Source of the DNA: a bacterium
GTDB taxonomy: Bacteria > Patescibacteriota > Dojkabacteria > JAKAPS01
Length of the DNA stretch: 27,808 nucleotides
Direction: 5' to 3'
Assembly: GCA_021806925.1 (NCBI GenBank)
Contig: JAKAPS010000012.1
Span: 1 to 27,808, forward strand
Shown here: positions 19,223 to 27,335 of the stretch, one piece after another
Layout of the letters: every line of letters starts with the position of its first letter
Numbering within the stretch: the first letter of the stretch is position 1
Program-made: the position numbers and the translations under genes
Notes under the pieces: generated by a model
What the model was told of the DNA's origin: nothing
The model's input: only the letters and a program-made list of their open reading frames with translations
Databases searched by the model: none

Positions 19223-20999
19223 TTGTTTTGACCCATTCAGATAAATAGAAGTTCTTTATTTTTCCAGAGATGTTTTTACAATCATGTTTATGGACTACCA
19301 TACCTCTGTTAAATGTAAGGATTGAAACTATTCTATCATTTGGTGTTGGATTACAACACTGTGCTAAACAATATGAGATTTTACTCATTGAGCTTATCTC
19401 TACTGAATAGTCTGAAGTATTATTTTCAATTTGTATTCTATTTTCAGTTCTTTTCTTTCTTGATATATATTTATATATATCAATCTTTCCATGGTTATCA
19501 TTTTCTTCTGTTTCTTCAATATGCTGAAGAGAATCAAGTTCACTTATAGAGATTGATTTCCTTATACATCTCTTAGCTAGATTTGTTTTTACAGTTCTTA
19601 CAAGATCAATATTAATACTCTTCTTTCTCTTATCAGTTAGTATCTCAACAATATCTCCTGTATTTAATTTTTCAGTAATACTACAGAATTTTCCATTTAC
19701 CTTTGCACCTGTAGCAAATAATCCGATTTCTGTGTGAACCATGAATGCAAAATCTAGAACAACTGCACCTTTTGGTAACTCAGTAACATCACCTTTTGGA
19801 CTTAATACATATATCTTATTTTTAAATACATCAATTCTATAGAAATTATCTTTCTTCCATATATTAAGTCTTGATAGGATATTATCATCAATGTCATACT
19901 TCTCCTGTGACTTATAGAATATATGTGCAGCAGGACCATATTGATTAAACCAATTGTTATATTCAGTAGTAACGTGTATCTCAAATTTATTTCCAGTATT
20001 GTCGTTTACAACCAAATGCACTGCCTTATATCCACTCACTTTTGGCTTTACAAAATAGTCAGAAAAATTATCTTCAAGAGTTATATATTTTGAATTTATA
20101 ATTCCAACTACCCTATATACATCTTCTTCAGTTTTTACGATTATACGAATACCAATAATATCAATAATTGAATCTATATATTCTTTTTTAAACACACCAA
20201 ACTTCTTCAATATTTTTCGATATATTGAATATATGCTCTTAGTTCTTGCATTAATATCAAAAAGAATATTCTGTTTCTTTAATAATTTCTTTAGATTATC
20301 CATGAAATCCGTAGCATGCTTATTACTTTCACCGCTACCACCAACAAAAATATATCTTTCATCTATTAAATACTTTTGAATCTGAGCATATTCATCTGGA
20401 TACAAAACTTTGAATGATAAGTCGTCTAATATTTTCCTGTATGAATACATACCAACATACTCTGCAATTGGAGAAAAAAAGTTTATTGTCTCTTTAGCAT
20501 TTATCACCTGCTTCTCATGCTGAAGTGCATCAATAGTAAGCATATTATGTAATCTATCTGATAGTTTTATTAATATAACCCGTATATCGTTATTACTTGC
20601 CAAAAGTAATCTGCTAAGATTCCTTGTGTTAGTTTCTGTTACACTCTTTGTTATTTTTTTTATATTTGTCAAAGCTGAAACAAGAGTTGCTACTGTTTTA
20701 CCAAACTTCAAACGAATGTCAAAGTATGTCGCATTCGTATCTTCCAAACAATCGTGAAGAAGTGCAGTTATTACACTTGTTTCATCTAATTTAATAGCTG
20801 CACAAAGGTAAGCCACATACAAAGGATGAGTTATATATTCTTCACCAGATTTTCTATATACTCCTTTATGTTTTTGCGAAGCATAATTATATGCTGCGTT
20901 TATTTTCTTAGTATCAGCATTTGGATAATTTGCCTTTAAAGTTAATATGACAACTGAGATATCCAAGACTTTTGGATCTATCAAAAATGTATTATCCAT
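19212..20999 (-). CDS. Bifunctional (p)ppGpp synthetase/hydrolase (Rel/SpoT family), lacking a C-terminal ACT domain
   Basis: HD hydrolase motif (HPLYVAYL...LLHDCLEDT), synthetase region (...GYKAVHLVV...), TGS-like domain (VNGKFCSITEKLNTGDIVEI) and a Cys-rich C-terminus. Confidence 0.9.
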   Translation of the reverse strand: MDNTFLIDPKVLDISVVILTLKANYPNADTKKINAAYNYASQKHKGVYRKSGEEYITHPLYVAYLCAAIKLDETSVITALLHDCLEDTNATYFDIRLKFGKTVATLVSALTNIKKITKSVTETNTRNLSRLLLASNNDIRVILIKLSDRLHNMLTIDALQHEKQVINAKETINFFSPIAEYVGMYSYRKILDDLSFKVLYPDEYAQIQKYLIDERYIFVGGSGESNKHATDFMDNLKKLLKKQNILFDINARTKSIYSIYRKILKKFGVFKKEYIDSIIDIIGIRIIVKTEEDVYRVVGIINSKYITLEDNFSDYFVKPKVSGYKAVHLVVNDNTGNKFEIHVTTEYNNWFNQYGPAAHIFYKSQEKYDIDDNILSRLNIWKKDNFYRIDVFKNKIYVLSPKGDVTELPKGAVVLDFAFMVHTEIGLFATGAKVNGKFCSITEKLNTGDIVEILTDKRKKSINIDLVRTVKTNLAKRCIRKSISISELDSLQHIEETEENDNHGKIDIYKYISRKKRTENRIQIENNTSDYSVEISSMSKISYCLAQCCNPTPNDRIVSILTFNRGMVVHKHDCKNISGKIKNFYLSEWVKTTKN

Positions 21000-21034
21000 C
21001 TAATAATATTTTAACATATTACAGACAAACAAAA

Positions 21035-21301
21035 TCATTTTACAATACCTAATTGATCTGCGATCTCCTGATTATTAGGTTCAGTTAAAACAGTTCCATC
21101 AGTAAATATTATTGTTGGAATAGACCTTAAGCCACCATTTATTTCTTCAACAATTTTAACAGCATTCTCATCTTCCTCTATATTTACATATTCAAAATCT
21201 ATTCCATTTTCTTCAAGATAATTCTTTGACCTTCTGCAATCAGGACACCAGTCTGCACCATAAAGCACAATTATGTTTTTTCTATATTTATTACTAATCA
21301 T
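21035..21301 (-). CDS. Glutaredoxin-like / thioredoxin-fold redox protein (CPDC active site)
   Basis: 88 aa. The motif is LYGADWCPDCRRSKNYLEENGIDFEYVNI...IPTIIF, a glutaredoxin/NrdH-like fold. Confidence 0.7.
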   Translation of the reverse strand: MISNKYRKNIIVLYGADWCPDCRRSKNYLEENGIDFEYVNIEEDENAVKIVEEINGGLRSIPTIIFTDGTVLTEPNNQEIADQLGIVK

Positions 21302-21395
21302 TTTCTTATTTAATCTTCAATATATTTAACATCAAATTTTAATCTAATGCAATCTACACAATACAATTGTTACATTTGTGATAGAATTAATTTAG

Positions 21396-22061
21396 ATGAA
21401 TGATGTACAGATAGATGAGACATGGAAAAACCAATTGAAAGGTGAGTTTAGTAAAAAATACTGGATAGAATTAACAGATAGGGTACACAGTGATTACACT
21501 GCACAATCCATGTACCCAAAACCAAAAGATATTTTTAGAGCATTCTCATTATGTAAATTTGACGAAGTTAATGTAGTTATAATAGGACAAGATCCGTATC
21601 ATGGATATAACCAGGCAAACGGATTATGTTTTTCTGTGAATGATGGAGTTACTATTCCACCATCTTTAAGGAATATATACAAAGAGATAAAAAATGACCT
21701 TAATATTACTCCATTAGATTCAGGAGATCTATCACGATGGGCAAGACAGGGTGTCCTATTATTAAACAGTGTTTTAACTGTATTGGCTAACAAGCCATTA
21801 TCACATGCAAATATTGGCTGGGAGACATTTACAGATGAAATAATTCATATACTAAATAGCAGAAGGAAGAATATTGTATATATGTTGTGGGGGAAATACG
21901 CTCAAGAAAAGGGGAAGGTTATTGATAAGGAGAATAATCTGGTACTAACATCTGCTCACCCATCACCATATTCGTCCTACTTATTCTTTAATAACCATCA
22001 CTTCAGTAAATGTAATGAATATCTTGAGGCTCATTCAATCAAACCCATAAATTGGATTTGA
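21396..22061 (+). CDS. ung: Uracil-DNA glycosylase, family 1
   Basis: Water-activating loop VVIIGQDPYHG, LLLNSVLTV and the His-containing C-terminal motif (SAHPSP). Confidence 0.9.
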   Translation: MNDVQIDETWKNQLKGEFSKKYWIELTDRVHSDYTAQSMYPKPKDIFRAFSLCKFDEVNVVIIGQDPYHGYNQANGLCFSVNDGVTIPPSLRNIYKEIKNDLNITPLDSGDLSRWARQGVLLLNSVLTVLANKPLSHANIGWETFTDEIIHILNSRRKNIVYMLWGKYAQEKGKVIDKENNLVLTSAHPSPYSSYLFFNNHHFSKCNEYLEAHSIKPINWI

Positions 22062-22063
22062 TT

Positions 22064-22819
22064 TTATCCTATAACTGTGCCTAGAAATTCGCCACCATTT
22101 ATATAGTTTGAGAAATTATCAAAATTATTACCGCTCAATACAACAGTTACTAATTTCATATCTTGTGCTTTTTTTGATGCTATTGGGTCAAATGGTACGT
22201 TTAATCCAGGAGTCCATGTATCACCAACTAATCTTCTAAAATTTCTCCAACTTATTTTACTTATCGGTTTTGCATTTTTATCAATTTTAGGATCAGATGT
22301 GTAAACTTGCTCAATATTACTTAAATTAATTACTGTATTTATACCATACATTTCACAAAGCAAAGTAGCACAATAATCAGTTGACCAACCAGGTTTCCAA
22401 GCAGAGGCAATAACTACTCTATTATTTATTTTTTTTATTATTGAATAATTTGTAATTATATCTTTCTCTGCGACATCTTTTAGTATTGTATGGACAAGAT
22501 GTGCATTTAACCTTGCAGCACGTATTCCCAGCCAATCTAAATCTTCATTTGTTAGATCACTGGAAATTTCCTTACTTGCCTTCATATACTGCCTTGAAAT
22601 GCCTCCTCCACCAATAACTAAGAAATATTGTACACTCTCATTATTTTTTAGTTGAACGTGAATAAACTCACTTAAATTCTTCAAAAATGGGACATTAATT
22701 CCTTCACTTGTGTATATAAGGGAACCTCCAACAGACAACACAACCTTGTTAAGAGACTTTTGCCTCATGTTTTGTATTTGTTGACAGATACAATAGCACA
22801 AATATATATAAAGTGTCAA
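22064..22819 (-). CDS. pyrH: Amino-acid-kinase-fold UMP kinase of the archaeal type. The likely start is the internal Met at about 22768 (MRQKSLNKVVLSVGG).
   Basis: VVLSVGGSLI, LVIGGGGISRQYMKA, GIRAARLNAHLV, SAWKPGWSTDYCATLLCE and QVYTSDPKIDKNAKPI align block-for-block with archaeal UMP kinases. They do not match the longer bacterial PyrH. Confidence 0.65.
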   Translation of the reverse strand: MTLYIYLCYCICQQIQNMRQKSLNKVVLSVGGSLIYTSEGINVPFLKNLSEFIHVQLKNNESVQYFLVIGGGGISRQYMKASKEISSDLTNEDLDWLGIRAARLNAHLVHTILKDVAEKDIITNYSIIKKINNRVVIASAWKPGWSTDYCATLLCEMYGINTVINLSNIEQVYTSDPKIDKNAKPISKISWRNFRRLVGDTWTPGLNVPFDPIASKKAQDMKLVTVVLSGNNFDNFSNYINGGEFLGTVIG

Positions 22820-23086
22820 AACATACTAAAAATAACTATTCAATCACTTTCTGTACTACACAGTGTAAGTATAAATTACCATTTCAAGAAAAATGTAAAT
22901 CATATATATTCTTTGTATATATATAATTAATCATTCTACTGTAATCAATTCTGTTTCTATTCCGAAACACAATAGATAGTTACAAAATAAAATTAGTAAA
23001 TTACATATGTAATTAATTGTAGCTTACAAATTAATTCATACCTTCTTTACAATTACTCATTGTTACATTAATATATTTATATAGTT

Positions 23087-23917
23087 ATGTATATAGCATT
23101 AGATATTGGGGGAACAAATATTAGAATTGCATTTAAAAGAGACCTCACAACTAATTCAATAGATTTATTAAAGAAGAATAATATAAATAATTGTTACACC
23201 AAAGACATGGAATACATAATAAACTGTATTAAGGAAAACTCTAATGGAGAAAATATAAAAGGAATTTCATGTAGTGTAGCAGGAACCCCTTCACAGGATA
23301 GAAAATCATTCACTCCTAGAAATTTATCTGGATGGTTAAACATGCCGTTTATTCTCGACCTAGAGAACAATTTTCATTGTAAGATAGTTATGGAAAATGA
23401 CACATATATGTCTGCACTTGGAGAATCAGTTTATGGCAATAATACAAATCATGATTTTCTATACGTTACTTGGGGGACAGGTATTTCATTTGCATCAGTT
23501 AAATATATTGATAACAAAACAAACATATACATGTTTGAAGGAGGGCATCAAATTATTGACTGGAGTTATAACAATAGGTTGTGTGGATGCGGTCAAAGAG
23601 GATGTGCAGAAGCATACATTGGCGGTGGTAATATACTTAAATATTATGGAAAAGAACCAAAGAATCTCAGTGATACAGAATGGAATGAAATAACTGATAA
23701 TGCTGCAAAAGCAATTATGAATGCTATTATATTTCAACCGTCTAATCTAATTGTATTTGGCGGTGGTATAGCATTAAATAATCAAAACAGATTGGAAGAT
23801 ATAAAGGAATTAATATCAGGTAGGTTAAAGATTGTTCCAGTTCCTGATATACAACTAACGTCTCTTGGTGATAATGTAGGATTACTTGGTGGATTCTCTA
23901 GTTTTATATATAAATAA
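23087..23917 (+). CDS. ROK-family sugar kinase (glucokinase-like), with no HTH domain
   Basis: N-terminal ALDIGGTNIRIAF, the zinc motif CGCGQRGCAEAY and ExGH (FEGGHQ). Confidence 0.8.
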   Translation: MYIALDIGGTNIRIAFKRDLTTNSIDLLKKNNINNCYTKDMEYIINCIKENSNGENIKGISCSVAGTPSQDRKSFTPRNLSGWLNMPFILDLENNFHCKIVMENDTYMSALGESVYGNNTNHDFLYVTWGTGISFASVKYIDNKTNIYMFEGGHQIIDWSYNNRLCGCGQRGCAEAYIGGGNILKYYGKEPKNLSDTEWNEITDNAAKAIMNAIIFQPSNLIVFGGGIALNNQNRLEDIKELISGRLKIVPVPDIQLTSLGDNVGLLGGFSSFIYK

Positions 23918-24147
23918 GGTGTGCTTATATCGTTTACAATTTTTAGAAAATTAATTTATTTGTAAATAAGACAAAAGACGTGTCTTGAAATAGTAATAAA
24001 GAAAGAGTAGGAATAGGAAGGAGTGTGTAATTCTCTTAGGATGAATAAATTTAACTTCTCAAATGAAGATTCCAAATATCAGCAGAGATAAGCATGAGAG
24101 AGTCATACATGAAAGAAGTTCTATTACGACTTATTGTAGCAATACTA

Positions 24148-24156
24148 TTCATTCGT
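24148..24156 (+). promoter_or_regulatory. Extended -10 promoter element (TGaTATAAT) upstream of the OLD-family gene
   Basis: TGATATAAT lies at 24148-24156, about 62 nt upstream of the ATG at 24219. There is no good -35. Confidence 0.35.
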
Positions 24157-24218
24157 TTGATATAATGGTATCGAAAAACTAGACCAAAAAAAGTATACTC
24201 GAGAGAGAATAAAAGCTT

Positions 24219-25530
24219 ATGAAAATTAAAAAAATAGTTGTAGAAAATTATAGATCTATAAAAAAAGTTGAACTTGAACCAAGTAAATTCTCTGTTTTTG
24301 TTGGTCAAAACAACCATGGCAAAACGAATTTTTTTTGAAGCGATAGAATGGTTTTATAATGCAAAATCTTCAGAAGAAGAGGAATATTTTAAAAAAGAAC
24401 AAACGATCCCAATAAGAGTGGAGATAACTTTTGATGATGTTGCTGTCACTGATATTGATAAACTTACTACAGGCACCAGTAAGACAAAAATTAGAACACT
24501 ACTAGGAGATGCAATTTCATTTTCAGTTGTTAAATCCAGTAGTGATCATAAAAGAAAATATTTTGTTAATGGAGAAGATAAGGGTAATCCACAAGGGTTA
24601 GATACAGCAATAAATGAATTTCTACCAAAACTAGAATATATTAATACTAAGATAAGATTAGATGATGTTTCAAAGTATAAAGACAAAAATCCAATTGGGA
24701 CCATGTTATCAGGTGTTCTTACTGCCATAATTGAAACATCTCAGGAATATATTGATTTTAAGAAACAGTTTACTAAATTATTTGATAATGCTGGTTCTGA
24801 TGTTAGAAAAGAATTAGATAAGCTTGGTGCACAAGTTGAGTTATTTCTTCAAAAACAGTTCCCTGATTATACAAAAGTTAAATTTGTGGTTAATCCACCT
24901 AATTTCACTGATTTATTAAAAAGTTTTGATATAAGCGTGAATGATGGTATAGAGACAAAAGCAGAAGCTAAAGGCGATGGTATGCAACGAGCAATAATGC
25001 TTTCTATTATTCAAGCATTCGCAGATTATCGTAAAAAACAAACGAAAGGAGGCACATTTCTTTTTATGATTGATGAAGCAGAATTGTACCTACATCCTTC
25101 CGCACAAAGAGCATTGAAAAAAGCATTATTAGATATTTGCGTAACTGATCAAGTTTTGGTAAATACCCATTCTTCTTTATTAGTGGCTGATAACAATGAT
25201 TCACAAAAAATTTTCAAAGTAGAAAAAACAAATTCTATTACCAATATTGAAGAAGTAGTAGATCTTGAAAAAATTAATATCATTTTTGATTTACTTGGAG
25301 GTAATCCCTCAGATCTTTTATTACCAAGGAATTTCTTAATAGTAGAGGGGAAAAGTGAGTTTGAATTTATAATGACAATAATAAGTAGATTCTATAGTGA
25401 GAAATTTAGTGGTATTAAAGTTTTATTTGCAGGTGGTGATATAAATGAACAAGAACCAACATTACTTGCTGTTCACAAGTTATTTTCTCCATTAGCTGGT
25501 TCTGATAATCCTAAATTCCCATTTTTTTAG
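24219..25530 (+). pseudogene. OLD-family (GajA-like) ABC-ATPase + Toprim nuclease gene. It is split by a +1 frame offset in a T8 tract and has a truncated Toprim domain.
   Basis: Frame A (24219-24338) encodes MKIKKIVVENYRSIKKVELEPSKFSVFVGQNNHGKTNFF and then a stop, i.e. the Walker-A/AAA_15 N-terminus. The protein continues as EAIEWFYN... in the +1 frame, which the ORF track shows as 24268-25530. The junction is the T8 run at 24329-24336. Downstream there is a Walker B (FLFMIDEAELYLH), LVNTHSS, and the start of a Toprim domain (NFLIVEGKSE). The ORF stops about 60 aa later, before any DxD motif. Confidence 0.55.
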
Positions 25531-25753
25531 GCATTATGATTTTTAAATATTCACATAATTCTTTTTGAGGTCTACTAAGTTCTTGAATTAAAACTTCATC
25601 ATCGTATACTTTACATTTTATATTTCTTAATATTATTAATGCTTCTTCTAGTGTATATTCTTTTCCTAATGTTCTCTTAATTCCAAGATATACTATTAAT
25701 GTTAAGCATATTAAGTTTTTTTCCTTAACCTCAAAATTCTGTTACAATATTTA

Positions 25754-27067
25754 TTATGGTGTTAGTCTCTTAACGCCTCTATATAAATAAGTAACCTCAC
25801 GAACATTAGATACTCCCAACAATTTCATAATTATTCTAGAAGGACCTATTCCACATCCACCATGTGGAGGGCATCCAAATTTAAAAAAATTCAAATATGT
25901 TTGTATAGGTTCAAGAGTTAATCCTTTCTCTTTTGCCTGTTTAACTAATATATCATATCTGTGTTCTCTTTGTGCTCCAGTTGTTATTTCTAATCCATTC
26001 CATAGTAAATCAAAGCTATTCGTAAGATTTGAATCTTCTGTATCTCTCATATGATAGAATGGCCTTACTGAAATTGGATATTTTGTAACAAACACGAACT
26101 CGTGTCCGTGTTCTCGCTTTATATACTCACAAAGCTTTATTTCTTCTTCCTGGTTCAAATCACCTTCTTCTTCACTAGTAACTCCTAATTTAGCCAATAT
26201 GCTCTTTGCCTCTTTCATTGTTACTTGTGGAAAATGTGATGTTGGAATAATAATTTCTCTTCCGTAAAATTTCTTTACTTGTTCTCCATATTGTTCTTTT
26301 ATAGTTTTTATGACAAACATTAATAGTTGTTCTTCCTCACAGATAACATCTTGAAAAGAGTTTATGAACGAAATTTCCATATCATATCCAGTAAATTCAG
26401 TATCATGACGAGACGTAAAAGAAGGATTAGCCCTAAAAATAGGACCTACTTCAAACACTTTTTCAAATCCTGCAGCCATACCCATTTGCTTATAAAACTG
26501 AGGGGATTGTGCAAGGTATGCAGTTCTATCAAAGTATTTCACTTCAAACAACTCCGCTCCAGATTCACTTGGTGTACTCATAAACTTTGGAGAATGGATC
26601 TCAATAAAGTTATTTTTTACCCAGTACTCTCTAAATGCTTCTTCCATTGCTGTCCACACCTTAAAGATTAATGCTTTTTCAGGTTTACGTAAATCTAACC
26701 ATCTCCAATCCAAACGAATAGATTGCTCTGTTTCATTTTCATTTTTTTCAACTATTGGAATTGGAAGTTCTGGAGAAGCCAATGAGAGAATTTCAATAGA
26801 TTCAACTTGAAGTTCAACTTCACCTGGTGCTTGCTTCTTTTCTACAATTACTCCTGTTACGGAAACTACAGATTCTTGTGTTAAAGTCTCTGAAGTCTTA
26901 AAAGCCTCTATAATATTTGAATTAATAACACATTGTAATGTACCTGTAATATCGCGCAATATTAAAAATTTTATCTTCCCATGGTCTCTTAACACATGTA
27001 CCCATCCTTTCAATAAAATTTTTTGCCCAATCTTCCCTTGTATTTGGTTTACATATATTCTCTCCAT
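25754..27067 (-). CDS. aspS: Aspartyl-tRNA synthetase, archaeal/eukaryotic type (class IIb, about 437 aa)
   Basis: N-terminal OB-fold anticodon-binding domain. Class II motif 1 is FIEIHSPK, motif 2 is FRANPSFTSRHDTEFTGYDME, motif 3 is GGCGIGPSRIIM. The C-terminus ends in ...RLTP. It is much shorter than bacterial-type AspRS (about 590 aa). Confidence 0.9.
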   Translation of the reverse strand: MERIYVNQIQGKIGQKILLKGWVHVLRDHGKIKFLILRDITGTLQCVINSNIIEAFKTSETLTQESVVSVTGVIVEKKQAPGEVELQVESIEILSLASPELPIPIVEKNENETEQSIRLDWRWLDLRKPEKALIFKVWTAMEEAFREYWVKNNFIEIHSPKFMSTPSESGAELFEVKYFDRTAYLAQSPQFYKQMGMAAGFEKVFEVGPIFRANPSFTSRHDTEFTGYDMEISFINSFQDVICEEEQLLMFVIKTIKEQYGEQVKKFYGREIIIPTSHFPQVTMKEAKSILAKLGVTSEEEGDLNQEEEIKLCEYIKREHGHEFVFVTKYPISVRPFYHMRDTEDSNLTNSFDLLWNGLEITTGAQREHRYDILVKQAKEKGLTLEPIQTYLNFFKFGCPPHGGCGIGPSRIIMKLLGVSNVREVTYLYRGVKRLTP

Positions 27068-27080
27068 ATTTATATATAAT

Positions 27081-27131
27081 AAAAAAACGCCCTTACAAAC
27101 AAACCAATCACTTGATTTGAATGTAAGGGCG
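27081..27131 (-). terminator. Rho-independent terminator/attenuator hairpin of the aspS leader. It has a 10-bp stem, a 24-nt loop and a U7 tract.
   Basis: + strand aaaaaaa-cgcccttaca-(24 nt)-tgtaagggcg. On the minus strand it reads stem-loop-stem followed by TTTTTTT, immediately 5' of the aspS start codon. Confidence 0.65.
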
Positions 27132-27335
27132 AGTTAGAAAATCGCTGTACCACCTTACTTCATCTTATTATTGCTAATAAGACCTTTCGACCACTGCTGT
27201 AAACAACATACGGTCTAGTTCTATTACGGGAACTCCCGAGAGGTTCTACTTGCCTTAGCTTTCTTCCTCTAGCTCCACTGTGTCAGCAGTTTCATAGCAT
27301 TTACTTCTGTGAAGTGTACTATAGAATAGGCAGTC
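27081..27335 (-). ncRNA. Probable T-box riboswitch leader of aspS (5' boundary uncertain)
   Basis: Minus-strand T-box-like core AAGUAAGGUGGUACAGCG (+ strand 27143-27160) versus consensus AANNAGGGUGGNACCGCG. Antiterminator: helix A1 GUAAGG/CCUUAC, 7-nt bulge UGGUACA, helix A2 GCGA/UCGC. A competing terminator (10-bp stem, U7) shares CCUUAC with A1. A possible Stem I base is CUGCUG...CAGCAG. Ends 13 nt before the aspS ATG. Confidence 0.5.

Noticed and set aside
25531-25753. Start-less open frame of about 71 codons on the minus strand (…KRTLGKEYTLEEALIILRNIKCKVYDDEVLIQELSRPQKELCEYLKIIMPKKMGI). It is in the same frame as aspS, beginning just after its tandem TAA-TAA stops.
   Set aside because: There is no ATG/GTG/TTG start and no homology I can recognise. 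Two consecutive in-frame stops make read-through implausible. It is most likely a chance open frame in the convergent intergenic region, or the residual 3' tail of a decayed gene.
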